Of a stretch of 64,000 nucleotides of DNA, positions 48,466 through 57,457 are shown piece by piece. The notes below the pieces were generated by a model. That model searched no databases and was not told the DNA's origin. It was given only the letters and a program-made list of their open reading frames with translations. The DNA is taken from NCBI GenBank assembly GCA_031291875.1, contig JARLIE010000112.1, positions 114 through 64,113 on the forward strand, read 5' to 3'. The stretch's first letter is position 1; each line of letters starts with the position of its first letter. The position numbers and the translations under genes were made by a program. This DNA is from Minisyncoccota bacterium (lineage in GTDB: Bacteria > Patescibacteriota > Minisyncoccia > Phycocordibacterales > UBA2100).

Positions 48466-48626
48466 CGGAAATTCCGGTACCGCTATTTTGCAGGCAGACA
48501 AAACTCGCCCGCGTTTATTATTTCGAACTAACGGCAACGCTATTCCAATGGGTTGTACTCGTATACCCGAACCGCACTGTGCTCGAACAGTTGTCGTCCT
48601 GCAAAATAGCAGTACCGGAATTTCCG
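48466..48626 (-). ncRNA. Candidate structured RNA or MITE-like element
   Basis: 29-nt terminal inverted repeat (28/29; the mismatch is U-G on the minus strand) enclosing further minus-strand stems. Confidence 0.45.
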
Positions 48627-49268
48627 TTATTCCTTGCTCTCTCCCGCACCTTCTGCGGGTTCCGCAGGTTCTGCGCCTGCAACTTCAGCCGGAGCGACAG
48701 GTGTCGGAGCAACCGAGAGGTCTTCTTCGTGGAACTCAGTGACGGAGGCGACGATTTCCTCGGCGTCCGTCTTGAGCTCCGCCGAAGGCGGCAGCGCGAT
48801 TTGCGACGCGAGAATGTGGTCGCCGACGTTCTTGAGCATCGTGAGGTCAACGACGAGGTGTTGCGGGAGCTCCTGCGGAGCGACTTCGATTTCGACTTCG
48901 TGCAATGCCTTCGAGATGATGTGACCGAGCTTCTCAGCCGGCGCTTCGCCCTCGAACTCGAGCGGAATATTGATGGTGATTTTCTTGCCCTTCTCAAGCA
49001 CGTAAAAGTCGGCGTGGAGGAGCTTGCCAGTCACGGGGTGCACCTGCACTTCGTGGATGAGTGTGTCCTTTTCAAGACCTTCGCCCTTGAGGGTCACGAT
49101 GGTCGTCTCGCCTGCTGCACGAAAGACCTGTTCAAACTTGCGAGCATCGACGGAAACCGGGGTTGCCGTTTCGACGCGACCGTAAAAAACTGCCGGGACG
49201 AGGCCCTGCTTGCGAATATCTTCGAGCGATTCTTTCGAATCGCGTGTCTTGACTTCCAAGGTCAACAT
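48627..49268 (-). CDS. rplY: 50S ribosomal protein L25/Ctc
   Basis: VPAVFYG, QVHPV..KLLHADFY and C-terminal beta domain. Confidence 0.95.
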   Translation of the reverse strand: MLTLEVKTRDSKESLEDIRKQGLVPAVFYGRVETATPVSVDARKFEQVFRAAGETTIVTLKGEGLEKDTLIHEVQVHPVTGKLLHADFYVLEKGKKITINIPLEFEGEAPAEKLGHIISKALHEVEIEVAPQELPQHLVVDLTMLKNVGDHILASQIALPPSAELKTDAEEIVASVTEFHEEDLSVAPTPVAPAEVAGAEPAEPAEGAGESKE

Positions 49269-49331
49269 GCGCGGGATTATACGGTTTTTTCGCCGATGTG
49301 CAACGGGCGCTCTGCAGGGAGCCTTAGTCGC

Positions 49332-50186
49332 CTATATTCCCCCGAATAATTTTATGAATTTTTCAACCAACTTTTCGACTGCCTGTTCGCCCGGAGCGAT
49401 GTATTTATAGGGAGCGACCTCGTCCGGAAACTGTTGAAGTCCTTGTTCAATACCCTTGCGATAGGCAACGCGAAGGTCGGTAGAAATGTGGATTTCTGCC
49501 GCACCTGCTTTTGCGACAGCGACGAAATCCTCATCCGGCGATCCCGATCCGCCGTGGAGCACGATAGGAAGGCCTGTCGATTGCGCGATTTCCTCGACAC
49601 GCTTCGCGTCGAGCTTTTGTTGCGCGCCACTGCGCAGTACGCCGTGCATGTTGCCAACCGCCGGCGCAATCAGGTCGATACCGGTCTCGCGGGCAAACTG
49701 TGCCGCTTGCTGCGGGTCGGTGAAATCCTTGTCGATGTCCGCAGGCGGTGCATCCAACACCTCTGAACCGGAGCCGATCATGCCGAGCTCGCCCTCGACG
49801 AGCACGTCACGGCCGCAGGCGCGGGCGTAGGCGACGGCTTCGCGGGTCAGCGCCATATTCTGATCGAACGGCAGGTGGCTCGCGTCGATAATGACACTAT
49901 CAAACCCGGCATCGATGGCTTCTTTTATTTTATCGATCGTGTGGGTGTGATCGGCGTTCAAAAAAAGGTTGAGTCCTTCCGCTCGCGCGGCCATCACGAG
50001 CGCCACAGCTTCATGCACGCCGAGCGCCTCGCGTTCGCCTTCGGACACGCCGACAATCGCGGGCATGGCACATGCCTTGGCAGCCTCTTTGACGGCACGA
50101 AATTGGTACGAATCGGAGATATTAAAGTGGCCGATAGCGATGCGCTTACCGCGCGCATCCTCTATTACTTCGCGGAGTGTTTGCAT
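49332..50186 (-). CDS. fba: Class II fructose-bisphosphate aldolase
   Basis: NADH, VEGELG, GNMHG and VLHGGSG. Confidence 0.93.
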   Translation of the reverse strand: MQTLREVIEDARGKRIAIGHFNISDSYQFRAVKEAAKACAMPAIVGVSEGEREALGVHEAVALVMAARAEGLNLFLNADHTHTIDKIKEAIDAGFDSVIIDASHLPFDQNMALTREAVAYARACGRDVLVEGELGMIGSGSEVLDAPPADIDKDFTDPQQAAQFARETGIDLIAPAVGNMHGVLRSGAQQKLDAKRVEEIAQSTGLPIVLHGGSGSPDEDFVAVAKAGAAEIHISTDLRVAYRKGIEQGLQQFPDEVAPYKYIAPGEQAVEKLVEKFIKLFGGI

Positions 50187-50245
50187 GCACAAATAGTAGC
50201 ATGCGGGCGGGACTGTTCGTCCCGCCCGTATCTTTTGTTTCAAAG

Positions 50246-50674
50246 TCATTCTTGCTGTTTCTTCTCTTTCTCTTCCTTCTGCCGAGCCTTGCGGCGCTTG
50301 TTCCGAGTGCTCGTTTTTCGCAGCTCAAATTCCCCGTTTTCATTTACGAGGCCGATCGTGCGCTGAATCAGGCCCTCATCCCGGTATTCCACCAGAATCC
50401 AGGCCCCTACCGGCAGGTCTTTTGAAGGGATTACCAGCGCTTCATCCGGAATCGTATGATCGATTTCCTCGATCGTGACCCTGCCTGGCGTGACAGCGGT
50501 GACCGAAAACAGCGCGTACTGGTCGACATTCGGCGACTGCATAAATTGCGGTAGGTTCCCCTCGAAAATGGAAACCAACAACCACGGAAATTCGGGTGTC
50601 GGCGTCTCCATCCGAAAGAATACGCGTTGCTTCAGGTTTTTGAACGGCACGCTTTTCGGGATCGGCGTTTTCAT
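50246..50674 (-). CDS. Hypothetical protein (SD-led orphan) with basic tail
   Basis: SD GAGGAGG 5 nt upstream; hairpin at about 50204-50228. Confidence 0.6.
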   Translation of the reverse strand: MKTPIPKSVPFKNLKQRVFFRMETPTPEFPWLLVSIFEGNLPQFMQSPNVDQYALFSVTAVTPGRVTIEEIDHTIPDEALVIPSKDLPVGAWILVEYRDEGLIQRTIGLVNENGEFELRKTSTRNKRRKARQKEEKEKKQQE

Positions 50675-50752
50675 CTTTGCCTCCTCATGACTTGAATCCG
50701 GCCGGCACTATAGCGCGAGAGGCTGAAAAATCCATGTGGTACCATGAATCGC

Positions 50753-51739
50753 ATGAAATATGATTTCGTCGCGCTTGGCGACATTGTTATCGACGCGTTC
50801 ATCAAGTTAGAAGATGCGGAAGAGTTGGTCGATCACGGCGTGCGTGAACTCTGCGTGCGCTTTGGCGATAAGGTTCCTTATGCCGATGTCACCGAAGTCC
50901 TCGCGGTCGGCAACGCAACCAACGCCGCGGTCGCGGCTCGTAAGATCGGTCTTTCGTCGGCCTTCATAACCTGGCTCGGTAACGACGAGAACGGTAAACG
51001 CTGCCTCGAACAGGTCCGCAAGCAGGGCGTCGCGGACGAATTCGTCACGCTGGAAGACGGTAAAAAAACCAACTATCACTATGTGCTCATGTACGGTCCT
51101 GAGCGCACCATTCTGATTAAGCACGAAGCCTACAACTACCATTTACCGGCGAATTTCGAGCCGCCGAAGTACCTCTACTTTTCTTCCATTTCGGAAAGTG
51201 CGAAAGAATTTCACCATGAAGTCGCGAAGTTTTGTGTCGAACATCCGGAAACAAAGCTCGTCTTTCAGCCGGGAACGTTCCAAATCAAGCTGGGTAAAGA
51301 CGAACTCAAGGATATTTACGCGGTGACCGAAATTTTCTTCTGTAACAAGGAGGAGGCGCAGAACATTCTCGGCACGAGTGAAAGCGACGTAAAGAAATTA
51401 ATGGAAGGCATCCGCGCGCTCGGCCCCAAAATTGTCTGCGTCACCGACGGCCCCAACGGTTCTAACATTCTCGAAACCGACGGAAGCGCCTGGCACATAC
51501 CGATGTATCCGGATCCGGCGCCGCCGATTTCACGCACGGGCGCTGGCGACGCCACGGCCTCGACAACGGTTTCGTTCATCGAGCAAGGACTCTCGGCGCG
51601 CGAATCGTTGATGCGAGGACTCATCAACGCCGCGTCCGTCGTCCAGGGCGTAGGCGCGCAAACGAAACTTCTTTCGAAGGACGAGATCGAAGCTTGGTAC
51701 GCAAAGCGTCCAGCGGAGTTCCAAGCGACTCAATTGTAA
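50753..51739 (+). CDS. PfkB-family carbohydrate kinase
   Basis: GNATNAAV, NKEEA and RTGAGDA; second ATG lies 7 nt after TGgTACCAT. Confidence 0.92.
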   Translation: MKYDFVALGDIVIDAFIKLEDAEELVDHGVRELCVRFGDKVPYADVTEVLAVGNATNAAVAARKIGLSSAFITWLGNDENGKRCLEQVRKQGVADEFVTLEDGKKTNYHYVLMYGPERTILIKHEAYNYHLPANFEPPKYLYFSSISESAKEFHHEVAKFCVEHPETKLVFQPGTFQIKLGKDELKDIYAVTEIFFCNKEEAQNILGTSESDVKKLMEGIRALGPKIVCVTDGPNGSNILETDGSAWHIPMYPDPAPPISRTGAGDATASTTVSFIEQGLSARESLMRGLINAASVVQGVGAQTKLLSKDEIEAWYAKRPAEFQATQL

Positions 51740-51910
51740 AATCCCGAGTTAGCACGCTCTCAAAATGACACCTCCGGGTGTCATTTTGGTTGCTGCGAAA
51801 GTCAAAAAAGAGCTCAGTTGAGCCTTTTTCTATGTTTGACAATGTACTATTTTATGCTATAATTACCGACGGAGAATAGTCTCCGATTTGTAGCGCGTAC
51901 GGAGGGACAA

Positions 51911-52468
51911 ATGCGGTATATACGTCTGTGGCCGGTGGAGGCAAAACTTCACTCGATCGCGCCGAAATTTACCTGGGCTTGCATCGCCTTCTTCTCGATC
52001 TTCTTCGTGACCTATCTCAGCAAGGTTGAGATCAAAACCAACCAGGCGACGATGTGTCTCGCCGAGAACATCTACCACGAAGGTCGCGGTGAGTCGCTCG
52101 ACAACCAACGCACGATGGGCATGCTCATGCTCGCGAGGATCACCGATCCCGACAAGCAATGGCCGAAGTCGATCTGCGGATCAGCGGCGCAAGACAGAGC
52201 CTACAGCTGGGTGCTCGAATATCGGCTCGCGACAAATCGAGACGAACAGCGAGCGTGGAAAACGTCGCAATCGGTGGCACGCGATCTTATCGAAAACGCG
52301 TGGAGCAAATACAAGCTCCCCGCCGGATGGGAATGCGCTCGCTACTACAAAGTCACGGGGTGGAAGAGCAAATACTTCGCGACGAAGCTTCTTCCGGTCG
52401 GCTCATTCGGCAAGCACACGGCGTACGAAGATCGTAAAGGGTGCCGTATAGCATTGCCGACGAGTTAA
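51911..52468 (+). CDS. SleB/Hydrolase_2-family cell wall hydrolase
   Basis: TM, CLAENIYHEGRGES, WPKSIC, YSW and GKHTAY. TTGACA-16-TATAAT at 51836-51863; SD GGAGGG. Confidence 0.82.
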   Translation: MRYIRLWPVEAKLHSIAPKFTWACIAFFSIFFVTYLSKVEIKTNQATMCLAENIYHEGRGESLDNQRTMGMLMLARITDPDKQWPKSICGSAAQDRAYSWVLEYRLATNRDEQRAWKTSQSVARDLIENAWSKYKLPAGWECARYYKVTGWKSKYFATKLLPVGSFGKHTAYEDRKGCRIALPTS

Positions 52469-52517
52469 CGGCAACGTTCTTTACACAATAGGGTCCGCTT
52501 TCGAGCGGACCCTATCT

Positions 52518-53504
52518 CTATTTTTTAGAAATTACTTTTCTCACCGATTCGGTGATTGCAGGCGCGTCGAGTCCATACTCCTTGAGCAATTCCTGCATCG
52601 TCCCCGATTGCCCGAAGCGATCGCGCACGCCGACAAACTCGATCGGCATCGGAGACCTTTGCGCCAACAGCTCCGCGATTGCGCCGCCGAGGCCGCCAGC
52701 TACCTGGTGCTCTTCGACGGTTACGACCGCACGCGCTTGCTGCGCTTCGCGAACGATCGTTTCTTCGTCGAGCGGTTTGATCGTGTGTACGTTGACGACG
52801 GTCGCGCCGATCCCCTGCCCTTCGAGTTCGCGAGCGGCCAGAAGCGCTTGAAAAAGAAGTGGTCCTGTCGCGAAGATAGCGACCTGCGGTGCGTCGTTTT
52901 TCCAAACGACATTCGCTTTTCCGAATTCAAAAGGCGTTTCTGTAGTCGTCATCAAGGGCGTTTTTTCGCGGCCCAAACGGATGTACGCGGGACTCTTGGT
53001 TTGTGCGATCGCAATCGTCGCCTTGCGCGCTTCTTCGGCGTCGCACGGCGATACAATCGTCATATTGGGTTGCACGCGCATCAGTGCGATGTCTTCGAGC
53101 GCCTGGTGCGTCGCGCCGTCCGGCCCAACGGAGATACCTGCATGCGAACCAACCACTTTCACCGGCTGCTCGTTGATGGAAACGGTCGTGCGGATCTGCT
53201 CATTATTGCGACCGGGCGAGAATGTCGCGTATGACGTAATGAAAGGGATTTTGCCGAATGCCGCCATGCCGGAGGCGACCGTCACGAGATTTTGTTCGGC
53301 AACACCGATCTCAACGAACCGTTCGGGAAATTTCTTTTTGAATTCTTCCATGCGGGTCGATTCCGTAAGGTCGGCGCACAGCGCAACGATACGCGGATCA
53401 TTCTGTGCCGCTTCCACTAACCCACTACCAAAACCATCGCGCGTCGGCTTTTGCTCTTTTGCCTCGAAGAGGTCTTCCCGGAGTTTCTGTTCAGGATTCA
53501 ACAT
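52518..53504 (-). CDS. Transketolase C-terminal subunit
   Basis: GVAEQN, GPDGATHQ, TIKPLD and VEEH. Confidence 0.93.
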   Translation of the reverse strand: MLNPEQKLREDLFEAKEQKPTRDGFGSGLVEAAQNDPRIVALCADLTESTRMEEFKKKFPERFVEIGVAEQNLVTVASGMAAFGKIPFITSYATFSPGRNNEQIRTTVSINEQPVKVVGSHAGISVGPDGATHQALEDIALMRVQPNMTIVSPCDAEEARKATIAIAQTKSPAYIRLGREKTPLMTTTETPFEFGKANVVWKNDAPQVAIFATGPLLFQALLAARELEGQGIGATVVNVHTIKPLDEETIVREAQQARAVVTVEEHQVAGGLGGAIAELLAQRSPMPIEFVGVRDRFGQSGTMQELLKEYGLDAPAITESVRKVISKK

Positions 53505-53511
53505 AAGATAC

Positions 53512-54150
53512 TTAGCAACCGACCGTAGCGTATTTCCCCATACCGACAAAGACCGCATTGTGTCCGGAGCTGCATTGCCCGTTGGTGACGGTCCCGCAGC
53601 GACCGCTGTAATTGTCGACGTACCCGGTCGGAAAATCGTCCATATTTTCAGGCGTTCGCCAAACCAAGACGCAATAGTCATCCGCTCCGTAGGTGTCTTG
53701 GTAGAGATACCCTGCATCGCCGCCGATGTTTTTGGGATCGGCAAGCGGAGAGATATACGGCGCGAGAACCTGTGAAAGTGTGCCGATTTGTATTGAGCCG
53801 TTGGGCGTCGAGCAAAGTTGCTTCGGCGCATATGCTCCACTATCGAAGCTGCTCCAAACACCTAACGCACCGCTGCAGCTGTAGGGGTAGTGGCCAGTAG
53901 TGGCATGGTAGAGCTCGAGTGCGTTTTGGAACGATCGCATATCCTCAAGCCGTTTCGCGTCGCGAGATTTGTAGCGACCATTATTTAGGCTCGCGAGAAT
54001 AATGCTCGCAAGTAAACCGATGAGCGCAATGACGACCAAGAGTTCGATGAGGGTGAACCCCCGTTCGAGCGAGGTGATCGTGAGCTTTTTTGCAAGACGA
54101 ATATCAGATTCATTGACGTTTGTCGCAAAATTCCTCGAGAGAGTCTTCAT
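53512..54150 (-). CDS. Type IV pilin / GspG-like prepilin
   Basis: RG|FTLIELLVVIALIGLLASIILASL, RDAKRLED and ALELY. Start uncertain (54150 or 54159). Confidence 0.88.
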   Translation of the reverse strand: MKTLSRNFATNVNESDIRLAKKLTITSLERGFTLIELLVVIALIGLLASIILASLNNGRYKSRDAKRLEDMRSFQNALELYHATTGHYPYSCSGALGVWSSFDSGAYAPKQLCSTPNGSIQIGTLSQVLAPYISPLADPKNIGGDAGYLYQDTYGADDYCVLVWRTPENMDDFPTGYVDNYSGRCGTVTNGQCSSGHNAVFVGMGKYATVGC

Positions 54151-54160
54151 AAAATCCATA

Positions 54161-55021
54161 CTACTGGTGTTCGCTTTGGATTTTACCACCCATGGTTCGC
54201 AACTCATTCAGAAAGACGTTGCCCTCCTCTTGCGTCGGCGGCTTACCGTGCCACCGATAATCACCTTCGATTTCTTTGATGCCTTTGCCGGGGATCGTGT
54301 GGGCGATGATGAGCGTCGGTTTTTCCGCGATCGCCTTCGCCTCGTCGCACGCGGCGATGAATTGCGGGATATTGTGACCGTCGACTTCAAGCACGTGCCA
54401 GCCGAACGCTTCATACTTCTCGCGCAACGGTTCGAGCGGCATGATCGACTCGGTGTAACCGTCGATTTGGATATTATTGCGATCAATAATCCCCGTGAGG
54501 TTCGAGAGCTTGTTGGCACCGGCGAACATGATCGCTTCCCAGGTGTTGCCCGCGTCGTGTTCGCCATCGGACATCGCACAATAAATCCTAACCTTCGAAG
54601 CATCCATGCGCGCGGCGTATGCCATCCCGGCAGCTTGCGAAAGACCTGAGCCCAAAGGGCCGGAGGTGGTTTCGAGTCCGGGCAAGCGAACGCGTTCGGG
54701 GTGCCCTTGGAGACGAGAGCCGAATTTGCGTAGGGTCAGACACTCTTCAACCGGAAAGTAGCCGGCATGCGCCATTGCCGCGTAGCGCACGGGTACGATG
54801 TGACCATTGGAGAGCACGAGTCGATCACGCTGCGGGTGCTCGGGATTTTTGGGATCGTGCACGAGCACGTGGAAATAGAGCGCGGTAAAAATATCTGCCA
54901 TGCCCAAGGGCCCTGCGGTGTGTCCGGAACCGGCGGCAACCAGCATCTCAATGATCGTTTGCCGTAGCTCGTTCGCTTTGCTGGCGAGCGCTTTTGCTTC
55001 GGAATCCGTGAGGGGTTCCAT
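54161..55021 (-). CDS. Transketolase N-terminal subunit
   Basis: SGH, DRLVLSNGH, LQGHP, SDGE and HTIPGKG. Confidence 0.94.
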   Translation of the reverse strand: MEPLTDSEAKALASKANELRQTIIEMLVAAGSGHTAGPLGMADIFTALYFHVLVHDPKNPEHPQRDRLVLSNGHIVPVRYAAMAHAGYFPVEECLTLRKFGSRLQGHPERVRLPGLETTSGPLGSGLSQAAGMAYAARMDASKVRIYCAMSDGEHDAGNTWEAIMFAGANKLSNLTGIIDRNNIQIDGYTESIMPLEPLREKYEAFGWHVLEVDGHNIPQFIAACDEAKAIAEKPTLIIAHTIPGKGIKEIEGDYRWHGKPPTQEEGNVFLNELRTMGGKIQSEHQ

Positions 55022-55022
55022 G

Positions 55023-55187
55023 CTATTGAGAAAGCTCGAATGTCGGGCTCATGTATTTGAGATAGGGAGAATCGCGATTGATCGCGTTTACGACGGTCGT
55101 CGTCATAAAAATACCGAACGCGAGAATGAAGGCGACGGATATATAGAAGTTGACCTTTTGAGTGAGTGAAAACGAAGATGACATCAT
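55023..55187 (-). CDS. 54-aa single-TM protein (not in ORF track)
   Basis: MMSSSFSLTQKVNFYISVAFILAFGIFMTTTVVNAINRDSPYLKYMSPTFELSQ*; stop is 1 nt before the transketolase ATG. Confidence 0.55.
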   Translation of the reverse strand: MMSSSFSLTQKVNFYISVAFILAFGIFMTTTVVNAINRDSPYLKYMSPTFELSQ

Positions 55188-55223
55188 ACTTCACGAATGT
55201 GCGCGTTCCCGCGCTTCTACGAA

Positions 55224-55886
55224 TTATAGCCCGCTTTGCGCGCTTGAGACCAACGTTTTATACACACTCGCGGGATCTTCTGCGTGAGAGAGCGCCGAAC
55301 CGACAGCAAAACGTCTTGCGCCGGCGCGGGCGAGCGTCGCTATTTGCGTCACGCCAATCCCGCCGTCGACCTCAATCATGAGTTCGGGATACCTCGCGTG
55401 TAAATCGGCTACCCTGCCGTAGGCTCGCTCATCGAACGGAATCCCCTGTACGCCGATGCGCGGTATAGACATAAGCGTGACGCAATCGCACGAGAGCACG
55501 AAGGGCTCGATCGTCTCGAGCGGTGCGTCGATGAGGAGTGCGATGCCTACCTCCTTCGCACCGTTTGATTTCCAGGCGTCGAACGCATGCTTTGCCTCGT
55601 CTTCGGATTCAAACGCCATCGCGTGGGCGATAATGCGCTTTGCGCCGGCAGCTACGAATGCGTTGCCAACAGCTTCCGGATGTTCAACCATCAAGTGTGC
55701 TTCGTAAAAGTACTCATCCGACTCGGGAAATCGGATTCCCGCCGGCGGCATCCAGGTTACATTCGGAGCGAATATGCCGTCAGCCGCGTCGACATGGAAC
55801 GTACGCGCGAAACCGCGAGATCGTTCGAAAAACGCGTCGATGTCCGCAGGCGAATTGGGTACAACAGTGGGAACAACCTCAATCAT
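55224..55886 (-). CDS. rpe: Ribulose-phosphate 3-epimerase
   Basis: HVDAADG, EAHLMV, VDGG and VGSA. Confidence 0.9.
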   Translation of the reverse strand: MIEVVPTVVPNSPADIDAFFERSRGFARTFHVDAADGIFAPNVTWMPPAGIRFPESDEYFYEAHLMVEHPEAVGNAFVAAGAKRIIAHAMAFESEDEAKHAFDAWKSNGAKEVGIALLIDAPLETIEPFVLSCDCVTLMSIPRIGVQGIPFDERAYGRVADLHARYPELMIEVDGGIGVTQIATLARAGARRFAVGSALSHAEDPASVYKTLVSSAQSGL

Positions 55887-56374
55887 GCGAGTTCATCGAT
55901 CTGGCCGATGCGGCGCAGGTGGCGTTCGTCGTTCGGGAATTCGGTCGTGAGGAATTCGCGAACCGCGTCTTTGGCCTCGTCGAGCGATATAAAGCGGTAG
56001 CCGAAGCTCAGCGCGTTAGCGTCGTTGTGTTCACGTGCGGATCGGATGACATCCAAATGATTCCCCTGCATGTCGGTTTGTTCTCGGGATGCTTTGCCAT
56101 AGTAGAGCGCACAGCGAACGCCGCGAAAACGATTCGCCATCATCGCTTCTCCTTGGCCAGAGCCGCCGCCGAGAATCGCTCGGCTCTCGATGCCCGCAAG
56201 CGCGTCGGTAGAAAGCTTATGCGCGGCTTTCGAAATGATCGGCGGATAATCATCCGATGGATCGAGCTCGAATGCGCCGCAATCCTCAACGACGTGCCCG
56301 AGCTCTTGTACGAAGCGCATGAGCTCGCCTTTCATCTCAAACCCTCCATGATCGGCCGCGAAGTAGACTTTCAT
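55883..56374 (-). CDS. rpiB: Ribose-5-phosphate isomerase B
   Basis: ADHGG, DDYP, GGSGQGE, REHNDAN and RHLRR. Confidence 0.95.
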   Translation of the reverse strand: MKVYFAADHGGFEMKGELMRFVQELGHVVEDCGAFELDPSDDYPPIISKAAHKLSTDALAGIESRAILGGGSGQGEAMMANRFRGVRCALYYGKASREQTDMQGNHLDVIRSAREHNDANALSFGYRFISLDEAKDAVREFLTTEFPNDERHLRRIGQIDELA

Positions 56375-57391
56375 TTAGAGATGCTTTGTCGTTTCCGCAA
56401 CGTGCTCGACTAACGTGTGCACATACCCCATTTCGTTGTCGTACCACGCGAGAACCTTTACGAGGTTGCCGTCGATCACGCGTGTGAGGCCAAGATCCGC
56501 GATTGAGCCGTACGGCTCGCCGAGGATGTCGGATGAAACGAGTTCTTCTTCGGTGATGGTGAAGATTCCCTTCCAGCGATCCTGTGAGGCGGCGTTCTTG
56601 AGTGCCTGATTCACCTCTTCGACCGTGGTCGGGCGCTTCGCGATAAAGGTGACATCCGCGATAGAACCGGCCGGAACCGGAACGCGCAGTGAAATCCCGT
56701 CGAATTTCCCCTCAAGCGCCGGGTAGGCTTTGGTTACCGCAATTGCGGCGCCCGTGGAGGTAGGGACGATGTTGAGCGCAGCAGCGCGGCCTTCTTTCAT
56801 GTCTTTCTTGGAGGGTCCGTCGACGATCGCCTGGGAAGCTGTGTAGCCGTGCGTCGTGGAAAGCACTGCCTTTTCGATACCGATCGCCTCATCGAGAATC
56901 GCGATGACCGGAGAAGCTGCATTGGTGGTGCAGGATGCGTTGGAGGTAACAGAAACACTAGCGAAACGGTCGTTGTTGATGCCCATCAAGATCGTCGCGC
57001 CGGGAGTGGTGCCGTCGCCGTCCTTGGCCGGAGCTGTGATAACGACGCGCTTGGCGCCCGCAGTAAGGTGCGCGCCCGCTTTGGAGTAGTCGGTAAAAAG
57101 ACCGGTGGATTCAACGACAACGTCGACGCCGAGGTCTTTCCAAGGCAGGTGTGCCGGGTCCTTTTCAGCGAGAATTTTGATCTCCTTGCCGTCGACGATA
57201 AGGGCCCCTTCCTTAAAGGAGACGGAAAACGGCGCCTTTTTGTATACCGAGTCGTATTTCAATAAATAAGCCAAATTTTCGGGGGTCGTGAGGTCGTTGA
57301 TCGCAACGATTTCTATCTCAGAACGTCCGTGGGCTGCCCGTAAAAAACCTCGGCCAATGCGGCCAAAACCGTTAATCGCTATTTTTGCCAT
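56375..57391 (-). CDS. gap: Glyceraldehyde-3-phosphate dehydrogenase
   Basis: INGFGRIGR, ASCTTN and WYDNE. Confidence 0.98.
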   Translation of the reverse strand: MAKIAINGFGRIGRGFLRAAHGRSEIEIVAINDLTTPENLAYLLKYDSVYKKAPFSVSFKEGALIVDGKEIKILAEKDPAHLPWKDLGVDVVVESTGLFTDYSKAGAHLTAGAKRVVITAPAKDGDGTTPGATILMGINNDRFASVSVTSNASCTTNAASPVIAILDEAIGIEKAVLSTTHGYTASQAIVDGPSKKDMKEGRAAALNIVPTSTGAAIAVTKAYPALEGKFDGISLRVPVPAGSIADVTFIAKRPTTVEEVNQALKNAASQDRWKGIFTITEEELVSSDILGEPYGSIADLGLTRVIDGNLVKVLAWYDNEMGYVHTLVEHVAETTKHL

Positions 57392-57457
57392 AGGGCTATC
57401 CTAGCATGGCAATTTTTGTGTCCTTTTAAACGCCTGTGAATGGTGCCCATTCACAGG

